Position numbers and translations under genes: made by a program. A stretch of DNA of 63,268 nt, filler included. It is 5 parts of 5 records of this genome, joined end to end, with 100 filler letters (N's around TTAATTAATTAA, not from the genome) between each part and the next. Parts side by side here need not be neighbours in the genome. Positions count along the whole stretch, not along the records: positions 13,594 to 34,002 come from SRR31156797_6299; positions 34,103 to 45,885 come from SRR31156797_6301; 3 more parts are not named here. One strand, 5' to 3'. Shown piece by piece: positions 26,537-35,640 of this stretch. Below the pieces are notes generated by a model, which was not told the DNA's origin, made no database searches, and saw only the letters and a program-made list of their open reading frames with translations. Position 1 is the stretch's first letter. Every line of letters begins with the position of its first letter.

Positions 26537-28720
26537 TTAAATCTCAAGATTCGTCATTTTACCGGTCATTTCGAAATCATATTCCGGATATTCGTAAATA
26601 GGCATTCTGTGTTCTGTTTCACCAATAGAATAACCATAAACACTTAAATACTCCTCAAGATCCTCTCCCATTTCCTCAATTTCCTCCAAATATTGCCCAA
26701 TAGGCTTAGACTCTACAATATAAAATTTGTCCATTTTTTCTAAAATCGGGCTATGCGAGCGTGTATGATCATGATCAAACTCTAATACACGTTTTCCGAA
26801 TCTGGTAACTCCAATTACTCTGAAAGTTTGACTCTTACCTACTCCAGGTAAATTCAAAACATTTCGGTCAGTTGCAAGGAAAGGAACGTGTAGCTTTTTT
26901 CTCAAATGATCTATATTCTCTACTAATTGCTCAGCATTCACTGACAAATTTCGAATATTATTATACTCAGCTTCCGGAATTTTACCAATGCTCTTTTCCT
27001 CTTGTTGTTCTTGCATTGCCCTGCTGTTTGTGGCAAAATTGTGGCTATTCTCAATAAAACCTTTCACAGAAAAGGTATAATAGGTTATAATACCAATATC
27101 ATTCAAAATCTTTCTCAACTTAGCTGTATGTCCTCTTCTGGATGCAGCTGTTGTGAAAACCTGTTGGTTAGTAACTGTCCAACCTGCATTACGCAACCTT
27201 TCTATTCCTATCTTTACCTCAGGAGTTATTTCCAAAGCTGATTCGAAGTGGGTTTGTACCACAAACTGCTTAAATCCTATTTTTGATGCCTTATTTTTAA
27301 AATCTGCTAATATTTCCTGTAATTCAGGGGTAATACGCTGTGGCAAATACGCAGGTAATCTTGTACCCAGGCGAATTCTAACCATTTCCGCATATTTTTC
27401 TCCATCAGGTCTTTGTTTATTGGCATCTCTCTTGCGATTAGCCATTTCATAAACTTCTTGCAGAATTTGCTTTAAACTTCGATCGCTATTCATAAAAGCA
27501 TCCCCACCTGTTATCAATATATCACGCAATTGTGAGTCCTGCTCAAAGTATTGCATCAATCGCTTCAATTTGTCTGGCCACTTTTCATCGGGATTTAGTT
27601 TATCCAGATTAAAGTTCAAGTGTCCACTTTGAAAATCATACATCCTCTGGCATGATGAACACAAACCTGCACAAGCTCTACCAACTGTATCAGGTATTAA
27701 AATAGCAACTTCGGGGTAGCGTCTGTGAACATTATGTTGTTCCGGAAGTAACCAACCTGCAGCATTAGGCTTACCTGGTTCAACTATATCTTCTTTTTCC
27801 CAGGCCTGAATATGCCCAAATTCATCTACTAATTGTCTGGAATAAAATATATAATCTCTAATGGCTAAATCAGCACCAACATAATCAGTTGGCTCTACAT
27901 TTAATAATGACAAATAATATGGATTAACGAAAAAGGGGATCCCAGCTTCTTTGGCCTCCATCATAATTCGCATGGTTTCCTTAGTCAAAGAATAATCTAA
28001 TAACTCATTGATTCTTTCGGGTGAACGTGCAGCAAATTTTAAATGAAAAATGCGGTCTTGCCACCAATTTTTTATGGCAAAATCTAAATTCTCATCAAAT
28101 GACTGATCGTGATTGTATTTATATTTTGGATCTTGTAGTTCACCATGCTGCATTTTTTTCAACAACACGGTTAATATTCTATCTCTACTTTGCTCACGAG
28201 CAACAACAATTTCTTTTTGCAACCCAGAAGGATGTCTGCTCATCCATTCTTCAATAGTTTCTCTATCTGGCTTTTTGTATTCTAATTTTCCATTCAATTG
28301 TCGGAACAAAAAAAGCATATCCAGATAAAAATAATACATTGCTCCACCACGACCGGTTTGAAAAGCATTCCATAGTATACCAAATGGATCTAGAATTGAT
28401 TCATCAGCCATTGATAAACTTGGATCTTGTATTCGACGCCCAGTATGCTTTATGTAGTCATAAATACGAATAACCGCTTTATCTTTGAATGAAAGGTTCT
28501 CAAAAGCTGCTCTTTTATCTTGATCATCTTTTAAAAAAGCAGCAGCTCTTTTATTCGAATTGATTAATTCATCTGACCAATCACGCATTGCCTTTCTCGC
28601 TTCATCCTCATCTTTCGAATATTTTAATATATCTCTCAATCTGGGATTTTCTTTTAAAAGCGTATGAAACACACGCTGCGCTTTTGGTGTTATCGCAACC
28701 TTATTCAAATCTCTTTCCAT
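26537..28720 (-). CDS. Long-form KamA (lysine 2,3-aminomutase)-family radical SAM protein
   Basis: HRRYPE, CAGLCSSCQR (CxxxCxxC), LITGGD, RLGTRLP, QTHF and LPGVGK motifs. Confidence 0.85.
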   Translation of the reverse strand: MERDLNKVAITPKAQRVFHTLLKENPRLRDILKYSKDEDEARKAMRDWSDELINSNKRAAAFLKDDQDKRAAFENLSFKDKAVIRIYDYIKHTGRRIQDPSLSMADESILDPFGILWNAFQTGRGGAMYYFYLDMLFLFRQLNGKLEYKKPDRETIEEWMSRHPSGLQKEIVVAREQSRDRILTVLLKKMQHGELQDPKYKYNHDQSFDENLDFAIKNWWQDRIFHLKFAARSPERINELLDYSLTKETMRIMMEAKEAGIPFFVNPYYLSLLNVEPTDYVGADLAIRDYIFYSRQLVDEFGHIQAWEKEDIVEPGKPNAAGWLLPEQHNVHRRYPEVAILIPDTVGRACAGLCSSCQRMYDFQSGHLNFNLDKLNPDEKWPDKLKRLMQYFEQDSQLRDILITGGDAFMNSDRSLKQILQEVYEMANRKRDANKQRPDGEKYAEMVRIRLGTRLPAYLPQRITPELQEILADFKNKASKIGFKQFVVQTHFESALEITPEVKIGIERLRNAGWTVTNQQVFTTAASRRGHTAKLRKILNDIGIITYYTFSVKGFIENSHNFATNSRAMQEQQEEKSIGKIPEAEYNNIRNLSVNAEQLVENIDHLRKKLHVPFLATDRNVLNLPGVGKSQTFRVIGVTRFGKRVLEFDHDHTRSHSPILEKMDKFYIVESKPIGQYLEEIEEMGEDLEEYLSVYGYSIGETEHRMPIYEYPEYDFEMTGKMTNLEI

Positions 28721-28927
28721 CTAAATTCCGTTTTATTTTTGTCGGTTAATAAAGAAACCCGCTATTAGGTTTATTGTTGACTTGAAGAAAACAAGACAAA
28801 CAGGAATTTCAACCTCACTATACCGCGAAAATACAAATTATATGCCATATGTCCAAAGCCCTTGCAGCGCCGTAAGATTGAAGTATCCTTTAAGCAACTA
28901 GTTTATAAGTTTTTATTTAATGAAAAC

Positions 28928-30349
28928 TTAACGTAACAGTTCCCTGCGCGAAGCATCAAGTCTGAGAAAAACAAACAACAAAGCAGTAAAAGCCCACAAG
29001 GATGATCCTCCGTAACTAAAGAAAGGTAATGGTATACCAATTACCGGTGCCAAACCAATGGTCATTCCTATGTTAACAATAAAATGAAAGAATAATATTG
29101 ATACTACAGCATACCCGTATATCCTACTAAATGAGGACCTTTGACGTTCAGCTAAGAAGATGAGTCGTAAAAGTAATACTACAAAAAGTACAATTACTGT
29201 TGTTGTTCCTAAAAATCCCCATTCCTCTCCAACTGTGCAAAAAATAAAATCTGTACTTTGCTCAGGTACAAAATCATATTTGGTTTGTGTACCTTGTAGG
29301 AAACCTTTACCGGAAAGACCTCCTGAACCAATAGCAATTTTACTTTGATTGACATTGTATCCTGCGCCCAATGGATCGGATTCAATACCTAGTAAATGAT
29401 TTATCCTACTTCTTTGGTGTTCTTCTAAAACATTTTCAAAAAAATAATCGGTAAAATATGTAAATGATAAAGCACCAAAAGTAATTCCTACTATTGCAAA
29501 CAAAAAGCGGTGTTTATATATGATAGCCCTTATTATCAAAATAATAGCAAACACACCAGCAGCTGCTAACAATACCAGAATAATTGAAAAATCAGCAAAT
29601 AACAAATTAGCAAGATAAACTAATCCAATTATTATTAAGAATCCGAAAAATCCCTTTATTACATCCCTACGATCATGATAATGAACTAAAGCAATAATTG
29701 TGCTTATTACAAAAATGATAATAATTATATAAATCAAAGGCACGGTTAATGCCAACAAAAATAGAATTGCAGCATATACTCCCAATAAAACAACAAATGC
29801 AGATAATCCTTCTCTAAATAACACTATGATAAAAGATGCATATACCAGGGCCGAACCCGTATCGTTTTGTAATAATATGAATGCTGCAGGGATAAAAATA
29901 ATAGTACCTATTAGAAATAAGTTCTTTAAATTATGAATCTTAAAATTATGACTACTCAAGAATCTGGCAAGTGCCAAGGCAGTGGCAAATTTTGCAAATT
30001 CACCGGGTTGAAAGCGAAAACTTCCAATGGCAAACCATGAACGGGATGCATTCACTTCTGTTCCAAACAAAAGCACCGCTACCAAAAGTCCCAATAAAAC
30101 AAAATAAAAAGGATAAGCAAAAAACGCATAGAACCTACTCTCAATTAGCAAAATAGCAATAATAATTACAAGCGCTGCAACTATCCAAATCATTTGCTTT
30201 CCATAACGTTGTGAAAGATCAAAAATACTATTGTATTCTTCATTATACACAGCTGCATATATATTGAACCAGCCCATTAATACCAGCAATAGGTACAAAA
30301 CTACAGACAGCCAATCAATATCTTTATATATGTTAATCCTTCTTCTCAA
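28928..30349 (-). CDS. rodA: Rod shape-determining protein RodA
   Basis: QPGEFAK, QNDTGSA, AIGSGG, PEQSTDFIF and LPFFSYGGSS motifs. Confidence 0.96.
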   Translation of the reverse strand: MRRRINIYKDIDWLSVVLYLLLVLMGWFNIYAAVYNEEYNSIFDLSQRYGKQMIWIVAALVIIIAILLIESRFYAFFAYPFYFVLLGLLVAVLLFGTEVNASRSWFAIGSFRFQPGEFAKFATALALARFLSSHNFKIHNLKNLFLIGTIIFIPAAFILLQNDTGSALVYASFIIVLFREGLSAFVVLLGVYAAILFLLALTVPLIYIIIIIFVISTIIALVHYHDRRDVIKGFFGFLIIIGLVYLANLLFADFSIILVLLAAAGVFAIILIIRAIIYKHRFLFAIVGITFGALSFTYFTDYFFENVLEEHQRSRINHLLGIESDPLGAGYNVNQSKIAIGSGGLSGKGFLQGTQTKYDFVPEQSTDFIFCTVGEEWGFLGTTTVIVLFVVLLLRLIFLAERQRSSFSRIYGYAVVSILFFHFIVNIGMTIGLAPVIGIPLPFFSYGGSSLWAFTALLFVFLRLDASRRELLR

Positions 30350-32168
30350 CGTTCAATAAGTTTGAAGTTTTAATATAATTTTCGTACCATTTTCGTTTTA
30401 CCTCTCCAGTTAAATATTTTTCAATCATAAAACTAGCTATCGGCGCCGCATAAGTTGTTCCATAACCGGCATTCTCTACATAAACCGAGATCGCTATTTT
30501 AGGATTATCTTTAGGAGCAAAAGCTATAAATATACTGTGATTTTCTCCGTGTGGATTTTCTGCTGTACCTGTTTTCCCACAAATATCAAGACTATCTACC
30601 CGAGCATTTCTGGCAGTGCTACCTGCTTCTCCATGAACTACCAGATACATTCCTTCCACAACAGGTTCAAAATATTGTGAATCAACTTTTGTATATCTCT
30701 TCACCTTATATTTCGGTTCAATATTATCATCTCCTTGTATGTCTTTAACTAAATGTGGCGTAAAATAATAACCACGGTTTGCTATTGTTGCTGAAAAATT
30801 CGCCATTTGTAGTGGTGTTACCAATAGCTCTCCCTGACCAATAGCCATTGAAACTATATTTAGTGAATTCCATGCTTTTCCATAAATCTTTTCAAAACGA
30901 TCAGATGGAGGAACTAATCCTTTTAATTCAAATGGGAAATCGATATCAAGAAGTTTTCCGTAACCAAAAGACATTACCAGTTCCCTCCACCTTTTATAAT
31001 TAGATATTATCCCTTCGTCTGAGCTCAAATCTAAAATATCTCTATATACATGGCAATAATAAGCATTACAACTATGCTGTATTGACTCAATTAAATTTAA
31101 TGGTGAAGGATGCCCATGACAACCAAGTGAGAAATTACCCACATGATAACCATATTGACAACCATATTTGGTAGTAGTTCTTACAACTCCAGTTTGCAAG
31201 CCAATCAAAGCAGTCATAGGTTTGAAAGTTGATCCGGGAGGATATTGCGCTTGCAATGCTCTATTAAACAATGGCTTCAACGTATCTACCTGAAGATTTC
31301 TAAAGTTTTTAGCACGTGGTCTACCACTTAAAAGTCCAGGGTTATAAGTAGGAGCTGTTATCATGCATAGAATCTCACCAGTAGATGGCTCAATAGCTAC
31401 TATACTACCCTTTTTGTTTTGCATTAACATTTCACCATATGCTTGCAGTTCAGCATCAATGGTAAGGTTGATATTTTTACCAGGTACCGCATTCTTATCT
31501 AATCTTCCATTTTCATAAGAACCTTTAATACGGTTATGCACATCAACCATAAAAACATTTACACCCTTTTCGCCCCGCAAATAATTTTCATATGACTTTT
31601 CTATTCCACTTGCACCAATATAGTCACCACTTTTATAGTATTTTTCTCTTTCAATTATTTTTTCATCGACTTCACCTACATATCCTAAAACGTGAGCTGC
31701 AATAGAATCCGGATATTTTCTTAGTGTACGTGTTTGAGCAAAAAATCCAGGAAATTTATACATCTGCTCTTGTAAAACAGCGTAGTTCTTAGCTGATACC
31801 TGCTTCAAAAAAATAGATGGCTTATATCTACTGTAAGATTTGGCTTCTTTAAGTTTTTCAACTAAAAACTCTTTTTCAATTCCCAGTATCTCACAAAATC
31901 CGGTTGTATCAAATTCATCCAACTGTTTCGGAATTACCATCAAATCATAAGACGCTTCATTATAGGCCAAAAGATTTTGATTTCTATCGTATATTAAGCC
32001 TCTTACAGGGTATTGAGTTACATAACGTAGTACATTAGAGCTAGCCGAAGTTTTATATTGATTATCAACCACCTGTAAGGAAAATAACTTGATAATATAG
32101 ATCAAGGATATCAGTATAATTATACCAATAATAACAAGACGTCGATTATTTGGTAAATTACTCTCCAT
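30333..32168 (-). CDS. mrdA: Penicillin-binding protein 2
   Basis: RGLIYDR, YPPGSTFK (SxxK), SCN and KTGT motifs. Confidence 0.96.
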   Translation of the reverse strand: MESNLPNNRRLVIIGIIILISLIYIIKLFSLQVVDNQYKTSASSNVLRYVTQYPVRGLIYDRNQNLLAYNEASYDLMVIPKQLDEFDTTGFCEILGIEKEFLVEKLKEAKSYSRYKPSIFLKQVSAKNYAVLQEQMYKFPGFFAQTRTLRKYPDSIAAHVLGYVGEVDEKIIEREKYYKSGDYIGASGIEKSYENYLRGEKGVNVFMVDVHNRIKGSYENGRLDKNAVPGKNINLTIDAELQAYGEMLMQNKKGSIVAIEPSTGEILCMITAPTYNPGLLSGRPRAKNFRNLQVDTLKPLFNRALQAQYPPGSTFKPMTALIGLQTGVVRTTTKYGCQYGYHVGNFSLGCHGHPSPLNLIESIQHSCNAYYCHVYRDILDLSSDEGIISNYKRWRELVMSFGYGKLLDIDFPFELKGLVPPSDRFEKIYGKAWNSLNIVSMAIGQGELLVTPLQMANFSATIANRGYYFTPHLVKDIQGDDNIEPKYKVKRYTKVDSQYFEPVVEGMYLVVHGEAGSTARNARVDSLDICGKTGTAENPHGENHSIFIAFAPKDNPKIAISVYVENAGYGTTYAAPIASFMIEKYLTGEVKRKWYENYIKTSNLLNVEKKD

Positions 32169-32170
32169 AG

Positions 32171-32677
32171 TTACTTTCTAAATATCAGATATTGACTTAT
32201 CATAATTAAAGTCAAAGAAAATATAGTGCTAAGAAAAATTCTTATTAATACGTGGCCAAATGAAGCGAAATGAAATGACTCAACTATAAATAAAACAAAA
32301 TGATGAGCCAGCGTTAAAATCAAAGCATATCTGAAAAACCATTTAAATCCATAATATGAAACTCGAGGAAAAGTTCCTGGTTCATATCCATCACGAGGCG
32401 ACATATATCTTAATACAAATAATCGTAAATAACCCATAAAGGTTGTGGCAATAGCATGCATTCCCGGTGTATTAGCAAACAAATCAATGGTCATACCAAT
32501 AGCAAAACCAAACAAGGTCACAATCCATCCTGGGGTTTCAAAAGGCAATAGCAGAATAAAAAGAATATAGAAATATGGGTTTATATACCCGCTCATTTGA
32601 ATATTATTAAGCACCAGCACCTGGATAAGTACCAGAATAAGAAAGCGTATTATATTTCGGCTCAATAATCTAATCAT
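32171..32677 (-). CDS. mreD: Rod shape-determining protein MreD
   Basis: Hydrophobic 168-aa protein between mreC and mrdA. Confidence 0.9.
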   Translation of the reverse strand: MIRLLSRNIIRFLILVLIQVLVLNNIQMSGYINPYFYILFILLLPFETPGWIVTLFGFAIGMTIDLFANTPGMHAIATTFMGYLRLFVLRYMSPRDGYEPGTFPRVSYYGFKWFFRYALILTLAHHFVLFIVESFHFASFGHVLIRIFLSTIFSLTLIMISQYLIFRK

Positions 32678-33503
32678 CGATATTTAATTTACTTTCTAAT
32701 TCGTTAATCTCCTTTGCCATGTAGTTTTCGACTACATAAACCTGAGTAAGGCTTTGCATTTCAATAAATATTCTCACTTTAATATGATAGAAATTGCTAT
32801 TCTGATCTTTTTTAGCTTCAACCACTTTACCCAATGGAATTTGTGCCGGAAAAATTGCGCTGTATCCACTAGTCTCAACTTTATCACCCACTTCTACTTT
32901 TATGTGATTTGGAATATCATCTAACCAGCAAAATTTAGGATCAATTCCATCCCAATGTAAGGATCCAAAATGCTTTGTTTCCGATAACCTTGCGCTTAAT
33001 TTAAAGTTTGGATTCAGGATTGAAATAACCACCGCATAGTTGGGCGATGTATGTTTCACTACACCTACTACACCCTGAGGCCCTACAACACCCATATTCT
33101 CTCGCACACCTTGATTTGTTCCTTTATCAATGGTTAGATAATTATTCTGTAAATTAACTGAATTGTTAATTACATTACCTACCATATAATTCCATTGCTT
33201 TACAAAAATTGAATCATAAATCTCCTTATAAGAAACTTTGTTTTCTTTGTAGGATTTTTTTAACGTATTTAATATATGGGCGTTTTCTTCAGCCAATTCA
33301 CGATTAGCATCGCGCAGATAGAAAAAATCTTCTATATCATCTGTAAAATGATGAACGCCACTTAAGGCCGCTCCGGCATTATTAATAAAGGTAGAACGAT
33401 GATACTGATTATACTGAAATAGAAAAAAGAAAGCTACGACCTCGGCAATAAGGAAAACAAAAAAATGATGATTTCGTACGATCAATCGAATCAGATTATT
33501 CAT
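32670..33503 (-). CDS. mreC: Rod shape-determining protein MreC
   Basis: N-terminal TM plus coiled coil; IDKG, GVVG and ETSGYSAIFP motifs. Confidence 0.93.
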   Translation of the reverse strand: MNNLIRLIVRNHHFFVFLIAEVVAFFFLFQYNQYHRSTFINNAGAALSGVHHFTDDIEDFFYLRDANRELAEENAHILNTLKKSYKENKVSYKEIYDSIFVKQWNYMVGNVINNSVNLQNNYLTIDKGTNQGVRENMGVVGPQGVVGVVKHTSPNYAVVISILNPNFKLSARLSETKHFGSLHWDGIDPKFCWLDDIPNHIKVEVGDKVETSGYSAIFPAQIPLGKVVEAKKDQNSNFYHIKVRIFIEMQSLTQVYVVENYMAKEINELESKLNIDD

Positions 33504-33567
33504 TCAACCGGGGTTTTAACTTTCAAAAAAATGGTAACCATGAGGATGTTTTCCCCATGGTTAATAT

Positions 33568-34002
33568 TTATCTCATCAAGAACTGAAACTTGTCAACGTT
33601 CTTAAGCGCAATTCCAGTTCCTCGCGCAACGGCATGCAAAGGATCTTCTGCAATATGGAATGGAATTTTAGTTTTTTCTTCCAACCTTTGGGCTAAACCT
33701 CTGAGCAAAGCTCCACCTCCAGCCAGATAAATACCTTTATTGTAAATATCAGCATATAATTCCGGTGGTGTATGTTCCAGTGTTGCTAAAATGGCTGCTT
33801 CAACTTTTGAAATTGAACGATCTAAACAATGAGCAATCTCCTGGTAAGAAACAGGAATCTCCATTGGAAGTGCAGTCATTTGGTGAGGCCCGCGAACAAT
33901 AAAATCTGGTGGTGGATCATCCAAATCAGGTAAGGCAGATCCTACTTGAAGTTTAATTGTTTCAGCTGTTTTTTCACCAATTTTAATATTATGTTGATGA
34001 CG
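33568..34002 (-). CDS. mreB: Rod shape-determining protein MreB, C-terminal fragment
   Basis: IGEKTAETIK, TPPELYADI, LAGGGALL and AEDPLHAVARG motifs; truncated by the contig end. Confidence 0.95.
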   Translation of the reverse strand, partial: RHQHNIKIGEKTAETIKLQVGSALPDLDDPPPDFIVRGPHQMTALPMEIPVSYQEIAHCLDRSISKVEAAILATLEHTPPELYADIYNKGIYLAGGGALLRGLAQRLEEKTKIPFHIAEDPLHAVARGTGIALKNVDKFQFLMR

Positions 34003-34102
34003 NNNNNNNNNNNNNNNNNNNNNNNNNNNNNNNNNNNNNNNNNNNNTTAATTAATTAANNNNNNNNNNNNNNNNNNNNNNNNNNNNNNNNNNNNNNNNNN
34101 NN
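34003..34102. other. Artificial contig spacer
   Basis: N run containing TTAATTAATTAA. Confidence 0.99.
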
Positions 34103-34105
34103 TGA

Positions 34106-34132
34106 TACGGGCGGTTCGCGAACCGCCCCTAC
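34106..34132 (-). repeat. GTAG-type REP palindrome
   Basis: Minus strand GTAG-GGGCGGTTCGCGAACCGCCC-GTA, a perfect palindrome downstream of the cytochrome gene. Confidence 0.75.
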
Positions 34133-34165
34133 GGTATGGTTGCCGCTATTTATCCTTTCACATTA

Positions 34166-34792
34166 TTACCGGGCGGTTTTCGGGCAGACTTTGTGGATAT
34201 CAAAATCATCTTCGGGATGGCAGTCATTGCAGGAGGGAATTTTTCCCGGTCCCCAGCCGTTTACATGGCATTTATCGCAGGAAAAACCGTTATGCAGGGA
34301 GTCCAGGTTGCAGCCGGTGCGGGCATGATCCCAGAGGCCAGGAACAAAATCCTGGTGACATTGATTGCAGGCCGACTTTACATCTCTATACTTTCCGCCG
34401 TCTGGATGACAGCGACGACATTCGATTTTTGAATGATACTTACCCAAATCGAAACCTGTCCAGGAATGATCAAACCTGTTCTCGTCAACCCAGGCCGATG
34501 CCAAGGGATAATCGCGTGTTCGGTGCTCTACATGACAATCGGCGCATTCTTTTAGCGGTGCGTATTTATGCACTCCCCTGTCCATAACCAGTTTCATGTC
34601 CGTCTTGCAACTCAGGCAACTATTGTTCGGCGTCCCCTTGAAACCCGGATGACAAAGTTCGCATCTTGACTCATGGCGAGCATGGGCCCGGCTGACCGGG
34701 CCTGGCATAAACCACGTTTCATCAGTAATGCCGAGAACAAGCAGCCCCAATGCCGCCAGCACCCAGATGTATTTCCATTTGAATCGTTTCAC
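34166..34792 (-). CDS. Membrane-anchored multiheme cytochrome c (6 CxxCH + 1 CxxCK)
   Basis: CELCH, CLSCK, CADCH, CRRCH, CNQCH, CDKCH and CNDCH; N-terminal TM; GTG start overlaps the upstream TAG. Confidence 0.88.
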   Translation of the reverse strand: MKRFKWKYIWVLAALGLLVLGITDETWFMPGPVSRAHARHESRCELCHPGFKGTPNNSCLSCKTDMKLVMDRGVHKYAPLKECADCHVEHRTRDYPLASAWVDENRFDHSWTGFDLGKYHSKIECRRCHPDGGKYRDVKSACNQCHQDFVPGLWDHARTGCNLDSLHNGFSCDKCHVNGWGPGKIPSCNDCHPEDDFDIHKVCPKTAR

Positions 34793-35640
34793 TAGTAATA
34801 AATCCAGGAAAAAAGATGCAAGGTCGCAACCCACCACATCAACCACGACAAGGGAACGTGGCAGGTACGCCAAAGGGAAAATAACTCGTGAAGCGAAACC
34901 AGGCGCCTGACGTCGTATTCCAGGCGCAGCAGCTCCATCAATTCTTCCGCCTTGATATCCGTCGCCCTGCGCTCGGCCCGCGCCCGATTTCGAATCAGCT
35001 GTTTTATGTTTGAAAGATCCCTGCGCCCTTGCCGATAATCCCGCCATAAATCAATTATACGACCGGGCTCTTTGGCAAGAACCGCTTTAGGCAGCTTGAC
35101 CTTGTCCGCTTCGGCAATCTTTATAAACAGGCTTTCTTCATCTATCCGGCTTCTAGCCATGTCCGCGGAAGAAGCAAGTTCTTGAATCTTCTTTTCAAGG
35201 CGGTCTAATTCCGTCAGAAGATCCTTTCGTTCTTCGGCCCGCGCCCGCACTTCCTCTGGCAGGCGGCGAACTAAAAAATGGCCTATTATTCCCGTCAGCA
35301 AAACCAGCCACATAATGACAAAAGCCAGCCCGCCAAAACCATAATATTTACCATAAGCATGAAAAGCGATAAGGATCGGTCCGATCATGCCCAAGGCCGC
35401 ATGAGCCCGATACCATGTCCTTATTTTTCCCTTGGTAAACCACTTTTTTTTCCGGCCTATATATAACAGGGACAAGGCCATGGCGGTCATGCCCAACCAC
35501 CCGGCGGGATGGCCGAACATATGGATAAAATCCCAAACTAAAATCAATCCCTGGAAATGAAGTAAATACCCAATATTGGCCGCCACAGCCAGAAGAGCCA
35601 GGCCCCAGAACAGTAAGCTGAATTTCTCGAAAGACCTCAT
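34792..35640 (-). CDS. Ferric-reductase-like / cytochrome b membrane protein
   Basis: Multiple TM helices with paired histidines (WYRAH...IAFH; WRTCH...TLH) and an intervening coiled coil. Confidence 0.72.
   Translation of the reverse strand: MRSFEKFSLLFWGLALLAVAANIGYLLHFQGLILVWDFIHMFGHPAGWLGMTAMALSLLYIGRKKKWFTKGKIRTWYRAHAALGMIGPILIAFHAYGKYYGFGGLAFVIMWLVLLTGIIGHFLVRRLPEEVRARAEERKDLLTELDRLEKKIQELASSADMARSRIDEESLFIKIAEADKVKLPKAVLAKEPGRIIDLWRDYRQGRRDLSNIKQLIRNRARAERRATDIKAEELMELLRLEYDVRRLVSLHELFSLWRTCHVPLSWLMWWVATLHLFSWIYY

Noticed and set aside
34793-35047. N-terminal extension of the 293-aa cytochrome ORF in the ORF track
   Set aside because: It overlaps the upstream membrane-protein gene in another frame. 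The GTG at 34792 coupled to the upstream TAG gives a clean N-terminal TM anchor.
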